Of a DNA stretch of 64,000 nt, positions 1 to 12,700 are shown piece by piece. Numbering within the stretch: position 1 is the stretch's first letter; the number at the start of each line of letters is the position of its first letter. The notes under the pieces were generated by a model. It was not told the DNA's origin. It was given only the letters and a program-made list of their open reading frames with translations, and did no database searches. The stretch is from Lepidodermella squamata (Eukaryota; Animalia; Gastrotricha): the NCBI GenBank assembly GCA_047495785.1, contig JBLDXI010000015.1, forward strand, positions 2,790,001 through 2,854,000. Reading direction: 5' to 3'. Position numbers and translations under genes: made by a program.

Positions 1-560
1 CTTATTCGAGATGCAAGCCAATAGCCTTCGTGCGGCACTAGACTTACCATACGACGCGGACTCGTTCGGAGTACTTTACCTGTCGGGTGTCAAGTCTATC
101 GAAGACGTCTTCCACGACCGGCTCGTGAGCTACGGCGAAAGATGCCTCCGTTCAGGTGGTGTGATGGCTGAATACCTAAAATACGTCTGGCAATTGAGCT
201 TTGACGACTTCGGCCGGAACATCATGCAACAGCATTCGCCGGCTTGGAACATTCGCCACTTAGCCGACTCAAACATCACATCTTGCGAAACTAGCCCGCG
301 CGGCTGGCTAGAATTTACGAACGACGAGGTTGGCGATATCACCCTAACGTAATCTGTTTTTTTCATTTGTACACAGGGGAGCAAAGCAACAACCGTAAGC
401 CCTTTTTTACATGACGTGCGTGTCTGTCTCTTTTCCAGGCCTAGGAAAACCTTCGGAATTCTTGGAGTCTGAGCCTTGAGAGCCTTGAGCCTTTGAGCCT
501 TGTGAACCTTGTGGGATTGTTGACCTTGGGAACGTGAGCTTTCAAAATTAATAAAGTAAT
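1..560 (+). mobile_element. 3' end of a non-LTR retrotransposon (LINE): ORF2 C-terminal tail plus 3' UTR
   Basis: ORF 11..352 (QANSLRAALDLPY...LYLSGVKSIEDVF) resembles the post-RT C-terminal segment of LINE ORF2. It is followed by GAGCCTT-type short tandem repeats (~471-510) and AATAAA near 550. The element is cut by the window edge. Confidence 0.5.
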
Positions 561-1044
561 AATTGCGAGCCTGTTGTAGAAAAGCCTTGGTCGCCCTTGG
601 AACCTGTTCGTACGTTCGTAAGAAACCGAAATTTCTGGCTATAAAAACAATCAATCGAAACAACATACGAGTTTATAGCGGCAAAACCGGAAACATTTTT
701 TTATATTTCTTCGTCAAAAAATTCTAAAAACGAACGATAAAAAAATATTTAAATATCATTGATGTGATGATCAATAATGTAACTTGTAACTCTGACTCAA
801 GGACCGAGAGCACCTTCGGGTGGAAGGTCGATAAACAATAAATCTAAAATCTAAAATTTTGCCAATGAAATCTTTCTTTTCAGATCGCCAACTGACCGTA
901 TAAACACGGCCCATGCAAAAGCATCGGGAGTTTATAAGGCGTCCTGTCTAGCTAGCAGCCGTATAAACTCGACCTTCAAAAATATAGGGCGCGAAAAACA
1001 ATGGTGAAAAGACCGAGAAAACGTATAAAGTGATGAAGTTGAAG

Positions 1045-2400
1045 GGTAGACCGCCGGAACAGCAAATACCGAAAACAGCGAAACCGACATAACAGCGAAA
1101 ATTTAATTTGCGCATAACAGCAACCCACGTAATAGCTAATATTCCATTTTGCGTCAAAACAGCGACGATTTATTAATATCATTATGAGTTAGCGACATAA
1201 CAGCAAATATGCAAAATAGCAAAGCAACAAAACAGCGAGTCATAAATTTTATACAAAACAAAGCATAAATTAATTAGTCAACAATTCTAAGGGAATGTTC
1301 CGATTTTTGTCTTTTTTCATTTCGAAGTGTAAAACAATAGTCACAAGGTGCGCTTCCAAAGATTTAAAATCATTTAGTGATTCAGTATCAAGCGACGAGC
1401 AAATTTTTTGCAAAGCAAGATTGTGTTTGACTTCGGCTGGGTAGGACCTCTTATATTTTTCGCCAGCCGCGCGAGCCATAAGACGGCTCTCACATAGGTC
1501 CTGCTCTTTTAAAAAGAAGCTCGTATGGCGAGGGGTGGGGGTTATCTACGAAGTCCTGAAAAAACTTCTGCCACACTTCGGCCTCGTTGTCCGTGAGTGG
1601 CAAGCCAGCCAAAGCGCGGGAAAAGCAAGTCCATATAGGCGGATCGAAAGTACGTATATAGGCGGGTCAAACCGGGCGCCTCGTGTTCCGCCGCGATCTT
1701 CGCAATTTGCGCGTCGAGTGCGTAGAAGGAGCTCGCTAACTCGGTCTAACGGCAAAAAGGCAAGCGCCGCCAGATATTTACACCACCTTTTAACAACGAC
1801 ATTGGATGAATACAAGCCTTGCAACCCGTAGGCACCAACACGGCGATAAATGGCCTGGAAATAATAATAATAAATTTAACAACAGGCTTTAATTTTAATT
1901 TTTTACACAACCTGACAAAGATGGAAAAAGCACGCCAAAATCATCGCATTAGGCCACGTTGTTGCTATTGCTGAAATTGCGGCTTGCTCGAAGTCGAGCG
2001 TGACTTGATCGAAGTATAAGTCAGGTACTTACTGCCGCAGATTGTGAAACAGCTTGTCGTAGATCGGCCCGTCCTTGCAGGGGAGAAGGGCGTAAGCAAC
2101 AGGGAACTGGGCGCCCTCGGTAACGGCGTGTAACGTGTATACCTGGCTGAAGAGAGTTGGAGAAATCCAGAATGTCCCATCCCCGGACATGCGGCGACAC
2201 TCCTTCAACGGCTCAAGATTTCTGCGAGTCCCGAAGCAGATAATGCGGTCCTCGTCCTTAGTGTCGAATAACACGAAGTCCTCGCCGCGGGTTGTCTTTA
2301 ATAAGTGCGGAACAGTAGTAGAGCCGGAGTAAACCGTAACGGTTTCTCAGGATTCAAATAATTTCCCGCGCGTTATTCGCGCCAAAAAGGTCCCACGTGA
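1045..2400 (-). mobile_element. Degenerate Mutator-like (MULE) DNA transposon with an intron-containing transposase pseudogene
   Basis: Minus-strand pieces give MULE motifs DGTFWISPTLFSQVYTLH...PVAYALLP, DFEQAAISAIATTWPNAMILACFFHLCQ, then after a short GT-AG intron AIYRRVGAYGLQGLY...LAALAFLP. Frameshifted. AACAGCGA-type subterminal repeats lie at ~1055-1240. The opposite end was not found. Confidence 0.85.
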
Positions 2401-2648
2401 CCTGAAAATAAATGTCAAGGTTGTTTGAAGCCGGATTTTTCTTCCCGCGCGAACCTCCAACTCTGAAGCGGTAATAAAAAACGAGTAGAATAGCTCAACA
2501 GCGAGCTCAGGGAAAAACTCTCCAACTCTCAAGTGGTGATAAATCACAAGCCCTGGAAAACACTCTCCGTGTAGTAGAAACAAAAATATCGCCGGAATAT
2601 GTCACTGCCGAAATTTATTGCTAATTATATAATGAATATATATATAAT

Positions 2649-2864
2649 TGTAACGGGTTCGAATGGTCCAGGCAAGAGACGGCGGACTCCAACAACTGAC
2701 AGGTTTTATTATACTATAAACAACTACTTGACTTGTGTATCAAGTGTCTGACAACATTATTAACAGGGTTTATATACTATCAGAATGGGTCGTTTTTCGA
2801 GGCCGTGTTGGTTCCGGATGATGAAGATCGGTCATGCGCAACATCAGCTACTGTGTCGGCTACA
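2649..2864 (-). mobile_element. Probable solo LTR
   Basis: ~216 bp bounded by TGTA...TACA. On the minus strand a TATATAAA box (~2768-2775) precedes AATAAA (~2705-2710). TSD is ambiguous. Confidence 0.45.
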
Positions 2865-5606
2865 GGCTACTAATAATGATATATAATGAATATATATACC
2901 TAGTAGATCAGGAGGTTCAGTCATTGATTTTGCCTTAGCAAGCCTGAAACGATTATCGATTTTAACGTAAACAATAGCGTCCACCTCTCAGATCATTACG
3001 CTATCGAAACAGACATTCGATGCGAGGTCTTCAACGACGGTTCGTTCGCAAAACCGCTACTGCAACGCCGGCTATGCCTTAACAAGAAATTATTCGCCAA
3101 TCTCTGTCTAACTGATTCAACAATACAGAAGAAATCAGCCCAAGGCCCAAAAGGACCAGTACGACACGACAGAATCGCTCTGCAACGACTTATACTACCT
3201 AATCAATCAAGCAACGTATGTGAAAACTTTCGACGCTACCAAGAGAAAAACTGACCAGCAACGATTTCTTCGACGATGAGTGCCGGGTTAAAAGACACGA
3301 ACTGAGACTCGCAAAAAACCACGAGCGCCACCACCCAAAGTGCAGAAATCTCCGTGAAAAACGTCAACAAATCGAGAAAGAGTACCAATCTCTCTTGGAG
3401 TCGAAAAAAGACGCAAAAGATAAACTCACCTGGGAAAAAACCGACGCCTTTCTTCAAACAGTGAGTGAAACGCCAATTGATTTTTGGGAGTTGCGAAATC
3501 GACTAAAAAACTACCAGAAAATTGAGGAAACTGTAGAAATGCCAACCTGCGAAGACCTAATTGAATTTTTTAACGAAGTCTTTTATAAAGAGCCCAGCGA
3601 GAAACTAGAGAGTAGACAAAAAATAGCGATTGAGTACCGCGACGAAATATTAGACGCTCCATTTACCGAGACTGAGATTAAAGACTGCATTAATTCAGCA
3701 AATTCAAATTCTTCACCTGGTATAGACTTGGTCGACTACAGGTGTTTGAAAATGAAAGAGTGTGAAACATGGCTATATCCGTTTCTCGCTAAGCTCTACT
3801 CGACTATATACAACACAGGCGTTTCCCAAAAGCATGGAAGCGCGCAATTTTAGTTCCTATCCATAAAAAGAATGACAAGCTCAACCCGAAAAATTACCGC
3901 CCGATATCACTGCTTTCTGTTTTCTGTAAATTATTTTCTTCATTACTCGACAAAAGATTGAGAAAATGGCTTCAAGCTAGCGATGGACGTAAACTAGACG
4001 CATCACAATTTGGCTTTCAAGAAGGGTTATCAGGAACAGACGGAACCACAGTTTTATACACGGTGTTAGCTAAACATATCGACAGAAGGCCGTAAGCTGC
4101 ATTCATTGATTTTTCTAGCGCTTTCGACACGTAAATCGGGTTTTATTAGCGAAAAAGCTTGATAAGAGAGGCACATCCCCGCTCTTTAAACGAATCATAA
4201 ACGAGATGTATAGTGATAATTCGCTTATACTACGCTACAAAAATAAGCTCATTAATAACAACATAATATACAATAATATTGGTGTGAGACAGGGCGACCC
4301 ACTTTCCCCTCTACTTTTTTGCCTTTTTATTGACGATCTGCTACCAGAGCTCCTGGCCACCGCGCCAGGCCTCTCGCTATACACACTAACAGTAATTTGC
4401 CTACTATACGCAGATGACCTTGTTCTCCTCGCGAAATCACCAGAAGAGCTACAAAGACTATTAGATGTCATAGAAAAATTTGCACGAGAAAACGAGTTAA
4501 AAATCAACGTCGAGAAAACCAAGGTCATGCAATTCCATCGTGGTAGCACGCATAAACCAACTGATTTTGAGTTCAAAATCAACGGTCTGAAAATCGAGCA
4601 AGTTTCTGAGTTCAAATATCTAGGCATTATACTAACTCATAATCTCAATTTTAGACGTTGCTCTGAAACAGCTACAGCAAAAGTTAAACGAATAATAGCC
4701 CAGCTACCAGACATGCTTAGGCCGTACACAAATTATTTTCCCTCAAACACGTAGCGAACGCTGTATAATTCATACTCAATTAGCCATATGACATTCGGAG
4801 CGGGCATCTGGGGCTTCAAACTTAGAAAATCAATGCCGCTGTTAAACATACTATTCGCGAAAACAGTTCTAAATCTACCTACTAGCACCAGGAATGAACT
4901 CGTGGCGCGAGAATTCTATATAGAGCCGCCATCTATAACATTGATGATAACAGCCCTAAAACATTACCTTTCGCTGAAATTCCGTACGAAAAACTCGCTA
5001 TTACAAGAGAGTTTTAAAGTCCTTGAAGTGAATGACAGCCTTTGCCGTCACATTTACAAAAACCGAGGTCATAAAAGACAATTTTGAACATATTTTCGAC
5101 GCATCTGAGCGTGAAATATCTGAACTGATCGAAGAATATAAAAAATTTCTGATTCTACGAAATAAAAATATAATTTTAGATAACCTGAAAACCGCTTACA
5201 ACGACAACAATTTATTTAGCAACAACTATTTTTCCAAATGGACAGAATATTTTGAAATTTTCGACATTCACGATTCACAAACTCTGGCTAAAATTAGAAC
5301 GAATTCACTTTTTAAACCTTTCCAGTACGTAATTGGCGTAACTAAATGTATATACTGTGACATTATATAAATTATATAAACCCTACGATCTACTTCTTCA
5401 TCTTATCTTCAACTGCAATGAGACCTTGCCGTCAATACAGAATTTTGGACATCCTATTGTTAACCACGCGAACCTACTTCTAATTGCGCTGATCGAGTGT
5501 TCAAGTCCGATTGAAATTAACCTATCTGTTCTTCTTAAACTAGCAAATAAATGGCGAAACGACTACAAAAAATATGCATATCCAACATAATCGCTTAACT
5601 CTTAAC

Positions 5607-6385
5607 CATAGATAAATAAAAAAGAGAGATCTGACACGCTAGTACATTTATGTGTGCCGAAATGATTCATCAAGAGTTTTTGCTTCTTGGTCGCGTGACC
5701 TGAAAATCACTTGTCAACATCACTATGAAAAATGCGGCATAATCAACGCAAGTGACAAGTGATTTCGGGTGGCTACTTCACCTCAATTTATCTCAAAACA
5801 CACCCCCTTCGATTTTCTCGAAAAAAATAGGACATGTAGATCTCACCTTCAACTCAACGCTTGTCAAACCGGAATTTCCGGCCAGGGAACGGTTTTTGGT
5901 AGAATAATTCTGAAAGAAGCACGTTTCCGCGCAGTGATTATTATTGCTTTTTCTAGCTTTGTGCAAAAAATCGCCTGATGAATCACGGCCTCATCTGCAA
6001 TAATTATGATTCACGCCACCAAAAAAACTTGCAAGCAGCCCCGCGCCATTAAATTGATCGCTGAAATGTGGAAGGTTTGAAAAATTCTAGAAAATTAACG
6101 GAAGGCCGGCCGCAAATTCGGAAAAAATGTAGATATGGCTCGAGTTTGATACTTCAAAATAAAATTAGTTCAAAAAAAATCGAAGGGGGTGTGTTTTGAG
6201 ATAAATTGAGGTGAAGTAGCCACCCGAAATCACTTGTCACTTGCGTTGATTATGCCGTATTTTTTGTAGTGATGTTGACAAGTGATTTTCAGGTCACGCG
6301 ACCAAGAAGCAAAAACTCTTGATGAATCATTTCGGCACACATAAATGTACTAGCGTGTCAGATCTCTCTTTTTTATTTATCTATG
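5607..6385. mobile_element. Non-autonomous P-superfamily element (MITE-like) with ~210-bp TIRs
   Basis: Near-perfect inverted repeats beginning CATAGATAAATAAAAAAGAGAG. 8-bp TSD CTCTTAAC at 5599-5606 and 6386-6393. Confidence 0.92.
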
Positions 6386-6638
6386 CTCTTAACCAATTAA
6401 TTTACTACTATGTTATCACTACGCTAAAAAACGCTAATACTGCGTAACATGTTCAAAAACTGCTACAACCCTAAAATCTATCCTACATATTTACTGTGTA
6501 ATCTCTGTGAAAATATGATTAAATTATAGAATCAACTAGTCTCCCTCCGTTCTTTATATTATTATCCGCACCCTATATACACTTCTAAATGCTTGGTGCC
6601 CTCGGGCTGGCATACACCTGCACTCCGAACGGTTTATT

Positions 6639-7412
6639 TAACTTTGCATCCCGCATCAACTGCGGGACGGTGAGGATTAAGTGAACTGAAGGCGTCCCGC
6701 ACCGTCCCGCAGTTCATCCCGCTGTGCATCCCGCACATCCCGCTGCTCATCCGGCACCTCATCCCGCACATCCCGCAGTTCATCCCGCAGCTCAGGGTGC
6801 GGGATCCCGCAGCTCATCCCGCTCGTCCCGCAGCTCATCCCGCTCGTCCCGCAGCTCATCCCGCAGTGTCATCCCGCACTTCGAGCGTATGAAATAAATA
6901 AAAATCGGACGCTGGCGGGAATCGAACCAGTGACTGCAATCACCAAACGCGCACACTAATCGATTGCACCACCGGTCGATTCACTATAACATATACAGAA
7001 CAGCGATACTTATATCGCGCTGTATTTACGTGCAATTAAGTCAGACAAATTGGAGTGCGGCCAAGGCCAAAATCGCGATTTCTGAAGCCGATTTCGATAC
7101 GATCGGCGGCGAATTGGGACAGCGGCCGCTGATAGTTTGTACAGAATTTTGAGGGCTATCCGCCGATATAAGATGTATTGACCGGCGATACTTGGTTCGC
7201 GCTGAAATTGCGTGCAAAGTCAGTCAAATTTCAGCTGCGCAGATATGGCGGCATGATTATTTTTATTTTATTATCAGAGGTTCGAGAGCGTTGATTCATA
7301 TGTTCAACCCTGACGGCTTGACGGGTCGGATAATCGGTCGTAAAGAGTTCATCCCGCACTTCATCCCGCAGGTCATCCCGCACGTCCCGCACTAGTGCGG
7401 GATGCAAAGTTA
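6639..7412. mobile_element. TIR element with internal CATCCCGCA minisatellite
   Basis: 17-bp TIR TAACTTTGCATCCCGCA...TGCGGGATGCAAAGTTA with a 4-bp TATT direct repeat on both sides (or TA if the TIR is taken 2 bp shorter). Tandem ATCCCGCA/GTCCCGCA units at 6695-6880 and 7349-7392. Confidence 0.8.
6908..6977 (-). pseudogene. tRNA-derived Pol III cassette (A box/B box) inside the TIR element
   Basis: Minus strand reads GACCGGTGGTGCAATCGATTAG...GGTTCGATTCCCGCCAGCGTC followed by CGATTTTT. Box spacing is tRNA-like, but the cloverleaf pairs poorly. Confidence 0.55.
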
Positions 7413-8485
7413 TATTTAAATAAAACATGATAATAATAATAATAATTTAAAAAAAAAAAAAGTTGAAAAATGTGTTCTTTTTTGACGAAAACCCCCTTAG
7501 AAACCCCGGAGAAGTAAATATCATACGCTGAATCCGTTTCTTTTTTCAGAATTTTCGCAGTCATCATAGATCAGGAGATAATTAGGGGGTGTAATAAATT
7601 TATTGCTTTACTGTCACGTGGTCAATTTTTACGTTGGACAGGTCGTGTCACATATATTTCTATCCAGAATTTCACGCCGAATCCGAATCCGAAGTCATAT
7701 TGGGGATAGCACACACTGGTTTTGAGTTATCAATATAAATTGCACGGTTACATTCCAGTGGCAGCAGGGCCGTTTTTAACGCGTGGGCACACGGGCCACT
7801 TGCATGAAAGGGGCATTCAGTTCGTCTAAAACAAATGCATTTATGGGTTTTAAAAGGCTAACAGAAATCGCAGGTGCTGATGCAAATGTATAAAGGTCGC
7901 CATCCACCAAAATAACCAAAAAACAAAATATCTCATGAATTTTGAAATTTTCGGCTCGCTACGCTCGCATTGTTTTCTGGCTGCCCCGATTATTTTTAGA
8001 AATCCATTGATTGTTGATAATGGAGTAAACAATGCATTTGCTTATTCGATTTTCCGAAGTAATTATGAATATTTTTGGTTCGATAAACCCCGGGAAGATT
8101 AGTCCGTTTCAATCACATAAAATAGCTCTCATTTTCAAGCTCGAAGTTATAAAAGCTCTTTATTTGATTTGAATCAATTTTTACACTATCCCCTTATGAT
8201 AATTCAACATTAAAACTATATTTTGAGCTCGCTTCGCTCGCATATCATGAAACTCTTCAATGTAAAATGTTGTCTTCGTATGGCGATGCGAAACACGAAA
8301 ATGTATGCACATTTAATTTAGAAAACGTACGTTATAAGTATGTTTTGTGTTGTCTCGTGGCGGGAAGGGCCCCGTATGAAAAGTGCCTGAAAGCTTATAA
8401 AGGCAATTGAAACGTGTAATGGATGCGAGCGAACGCTGCTCGCGAGCGCAATTTTTTAATCAGATGTTTCCACACCCCCTCCCGC

Positions 8486-9244
8486 TCAGTTCAAGTCGGA
8501 CCACTGGCCAGGTGCAAGAGCCAAATCGGCCACAGCCGTAACAGACAGATTCGGCCTCTGTTTTACAACGTCGCGTTTCGATCGCCGTTTTGAATTATTA
8601 GCAGTTGTTGTAGTCGTAGTAGTCGTAGTCGTCGTAGATGCGGCAGTATCATCAACATTCAAAATTACTTCGTCAACAACAACTCGCGGAAAAATAGCTG
8701 CTGGAGGCAACGGTATTTGCGGTGGTGGTGGCGGCGGCGCTTGATCGTGGGCAATGTCATTAGCAAACAATCGAAATTCTGGAGGTGGCTGTAAATTTTG
8801 ATGAAAAACTCCGAAATTATCAAAAATATAGTCGTCGTCGGGTAAAATCGGATTTCGAGGTTGCGTAACGAGAGAGGTGAGGGCAGTATTTTCATCGGGA
8901 ACGTCGATGGGCGTCGAAACCCTTATTGCTATGGGACCCGGGGGAGTCGGAGCTAGTTCTCCAAAAAATGACTCGTCGGCAACACTCGGCGAAGTCGAGA
9001 AAAGTTCAGGCGACTCTGGTGGGTTGTAAGTCGCGTCATTTTCCTCTCCCGCTGCCACTGCTGCTCCCAGTGAAACAGCCGCGGCTGGGCTGTCACCGAC
9101 TTGCTTTTTCTTTCGAATAACCCTAGCTTTCTTCGGTTTCACGGCTTGCTCGGCTTCGGCTTTCGATGGCTGGGCTCTAGTTCGAAGTACTCGAGGCGTT
9201 GTGGCCTCTTGAGGCGGCTCTTTAGTGCCGACGCACCTGAGCAC
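8486..9244 (-). other. 252-codon low-complexity ORF (Pro/Thr/acidic), possibly a retroelement-derived tail
   Basis: Open for 759 nt with no recognisable domain and no in-frame ATG at the called start. On the minus strand the stop is followed by GCGGGAGGGGG-TG, resembling a polypurine tract abutting an LTR start. Confidence 0.3.
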
Positions 9245-9773
9245 CTTGGTATAGCGTGATGACGAAGCTGGTGATCACGCGCGCCCATCTTTCTTCGCGG
9301 GGCGGGCGGCGCTTCTAAGCCGCCTCAAAAATAATCACGCAATCCGTAAATGGACTCGAATTAGGAAATAACCGAGTGATATGATTTTAGAAATTCTTGA
9401 TCCTATATCCTATACCTGAAATCCGTGATCCTATGACTCCTTACCCATCACATTTTTTAATCATTTTTGTTGATTACCGCAGCTAGGTTTCCCCATTGTC
9501 CTCAACGCTTCATCGATCTTCGTTACTAATCAGGTAACAACACACTCAATAACATATAACAAATTTTCCTTTTATTTTATTTCATTTGTAACGGTAACGG
9601 GTACTCGCGATCACGGGATCATGACCGACAACCCGACTTGTTTGATGTTCTGCGAAGCTGTAGCAACATTGTGTTTCAAGTAGTAAGTAGCACTTTGGCC
9701 CGCGCGCTGATTGGTCAATATATTGTTGCTATGACTCCGGGATGAAGCAATTTAGTCGTGCAATCCACTAATA

Positions 9774-12700
9774 CATAGATAATAATAAAGATTGGAAGCT
9801 TACGATCCTGCCATAGTGTCAAAATTTTAGGGTGCAAAGGTCGCCATGTGCAAAGCCACGTTTTTGTGGGTTTTATTTGAAACAGATGTGCCTAGCTAAA
9901 TGCATGCAAAATAGTTGTTTTTTTGAAAGGATTTTTTGAAAAACGTCATTTTTCAATTTTTTTGAGGAATTTATTCACAGCACAACTTTTTGCGCTCTTT
10001 CAAATGAGACCAGCCTCGTCTTCCTTGGACCTTTACGAGAGAACCTAGATATTTGCAAAGTAGCTCGCAAAATCGCGAAGATCGAAATTTGTCGATTATT
10101 CCGGGACGGATAAAATCCTTAATATATTTTTTAAAAATTAAGGAAAAAATATTTCCATTCTTCCCTTTCAATAAGCTTTCCAAATGTATAATTTTTATCC
10201 CTACCCGATTTTTCTAGAATTTTTTAGCTTTTGCGCGGGATGTCCAGGAAACTACTGGGTAAAGAGTTCTATTACTGGTCGGCTTTAAAGCATAGCGATC
10301 AAGAAAAATTTCTCATCTCCTGGTTTGGCTGTGGCACCAAAAAGGAGAAAGGCTACTCACGCTGCCAAATCAGGAATGAGATTAGAAAAATCGATGCGTT
10401 CTGTTCCCGCAATAAGCTTGATAAATTCGGAAAAATTGATTTACTTGAACGTGAACACGATTTCGAATTTACTGTTCACTTTCGCGAGCAGAGCGGCGAA
10501 GGCGACGCTGTAAGCGAAGAACAGCGGATTGAGATGCCAGTCATACCATTAATGAGAGATAGCTGCCAGCAAACCGATGCAACCTATACCGATAATGCTA
10601 CTCAGACTGACCCGGTGTTGATCACTACTTTCCTGACTGCAGGTAGCTATCCCTTGATTCTTTAAAAGCTTTATACTTACTTGAATTCTACTAACAGAAA
10701 ACTCTCCCTTACCCTCGTTTGATGACTCGTTTGTGCCTCGCTTTGCTAGCTCGAGGTAATCACTGCAATTTATGAAATCTGCGTTATTTTACCAATCAAT
10801 TTCTAGTGCCGTGTCGTTGATGGAGCTGACTCCTCCGACCCAGTCATACTCAGGCTCTTGCGATGTAGGGACGGCTAAAGGTAGGAACGGCATTTCTGTG
10901 GCCCGTAAAGCTGAGTTGCGAGCTAAGAAGAAACGAGCGAGACGCGCGAAGGCTCGATGCGACCGGCAGCTGAAATGTTTGAGGGCTGAACTCACTAGAA
11001 AGAGAAATATCGCATCGAAGTTTCAGACGCAAATCGCTCTGATGCATGAGAAATGGAAATCATATGGCGAGTTCGGCTCGGCGGTTCTGGATCAGATGGC
11101 TTAAGTTGCTTAGTGGATTAGTGGAATTGCTACTTACCCAATAGGTGTCCTTCTACTCGACCACACTAACGAGGCCATTCAAAGCGCTGTATTGGAAAAG
11201 GTTTACGATGAGCTTCGAGCTCGCGATATGATTCCTCTCGTCACAACGGCTGACGGTCATAGAGCGAATGTGAAGACGATGGAAAACTTTGGCATCAAAG
11301 CGCCTTTCGTTCCCTCGAATATCTACCGCGAATTTCCTCCCGCTACGGATCAAACTGTGTACTGGTCTCAGGACGCATCTCATTGCATGAAGTTGGTCAG
11401 GAAACTGTTCGCAAAATGGGGCGTTCTGCGGTTCACTCATGAAGGCAAGGTTTATGACGCTAAATGACAGCATATCGTTGATCTAATCAAAGAGCAGCAC
11501 GACATCGGCTTGCAAATTCGCACGAAGCTTACTAATTCTCATATCCGATGGGCGAAGTGGCCCATGCGCGTGTGTCTCGCAGTCCAGATATTCAGTAGAA
11601 GTGTAGCCGTGGCTTTGAAAACCCTTCGTGAGAGGAAGTATGCGAAGTTTGCTGATTCCGAAGGAACGGAACTGTTCTGTAGGATCATTAATGATCTGTA
11701 GGACTGTTTAAACCAGAGATCGAGATGTGACAGAGAAGTCAATCGCCATCCTGTCGACAAAGACCATTTTGAATATGGATATTTTTTTCATAATAATAGT
11801 CGAGTAATACATCAAACTATGCAGTTTTCGCGTATATTAACGTGGTGCAGTCGAAATGTTGATTTGAGCTAAGGAATTTGAGCTAAGGAATTTGAGCTGT
11901 TGGACTCTCTACTTGGCCAAATCCTATGTTTATTAAAATTAATAAAAACCGGTGTTTTTTACCGGTATAAACTGGTTTAAACTGGTAGTCGGTTTATTCA
12001 GAATAAAATCCGGTTGGTATAATACACTGAAATGTCCGCGATGCTGTCAGATTTAATGATCTCACAATGTTCGACTTTCCCGACAACTCTGATGACGAAG
12101 AAGTAAGGTTTTAGAGCAAGAATGATTTATCTGTAGCATTTTATCAACGTAGGTTGGACATGTTGCAGATGACGATGATGAATTCGGGTCTTGGGAAGAG
12201 CTGGAGCTAATCGATAGGATGCTGGAACAGGCTTTGGGCAGTCAAAGAGTGTTTTCCGTCATATCTGATGAGGTACTGTCCTACATAGCAGGCTTCGTCA
12301 TCCGCAGACTCGTCCGTGTTATGAAACTTGGCTGTGAAACGTGCTTGGAATCGAATGGAAAGAAGAGGACGTATTGGTGACTCCTAATCGACTCATTTCG
12401 AATTGCCAGATTCCCTTTGCGAAAAAGTGACTTTTTCACAATATTACAATTGTATTCCTTAACATCATTCTTTTCTCCAGGCTAGTACGTCCCTCATTGC
12501 CAGTATTCCGAATCGTGAAATTGGTGCATCACTTTATTCGGGCCAACAAAGAATTCTTGATCTCAGCAATCGAACCAATAAATTTCATCATGAAGGCCAT
12601 GAGCTACGCGACCCTCTCTAAGCCCAATCTCCTCCAAGGTTTTTGTTCTATCAGTGGTGGTAGCCTCATGCTCAGCAGTTGTTTCGCGCCGTGATTTCCA

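Larger units (their letters stand above)
2900..7461 (+). mobile_element. Frameshifted LINE (reverse transcriptase pseudogene) with 3' UTR interrupted by two DNA elements
   Basis: RT motifs across frames: SSPGIDLV, PIHKKNDKLNPKNYRPISLLSVFCKLF, QFGF, FIDFSSAFD, GVRQGDPLSPLLFCLFIDDL, LLYADDLVLL, FKYLGI. The ORF remnants end near 5590. The UTR resumes after the insertions and ends in AATAAA, (TAA)n and poly-A at 7419-7461. Confidence 0.9.

Noticed and set aside
668-971. Short inverted pair CGAGTTTATA(G)CGGC / GCCGTATAAACTCG
   Set aside because: Only ~14 bp with an indel and no TSD; too weak to call an element.
6677-6859. Repetitive ORF (MSCGTSG repeats) and a possible CRISPR-like array
   Set aside because: Translation of a minisatellite. 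There are no unique spacers and no cas genes, and the context is eukaryotic.
7767-7810. CAGGGCCGTTTTTAAC resembling a hAT terminus
   Set aside because: No matching opposite end or 8-bp TSD found.
9468-9668. TGTTG...CAACA segment as the 5' LTR partner of the 8486..9244 ORF
   Set aside because: No TSD, no primer-binding site, and no match to the sequence after the putative polypurine tract.
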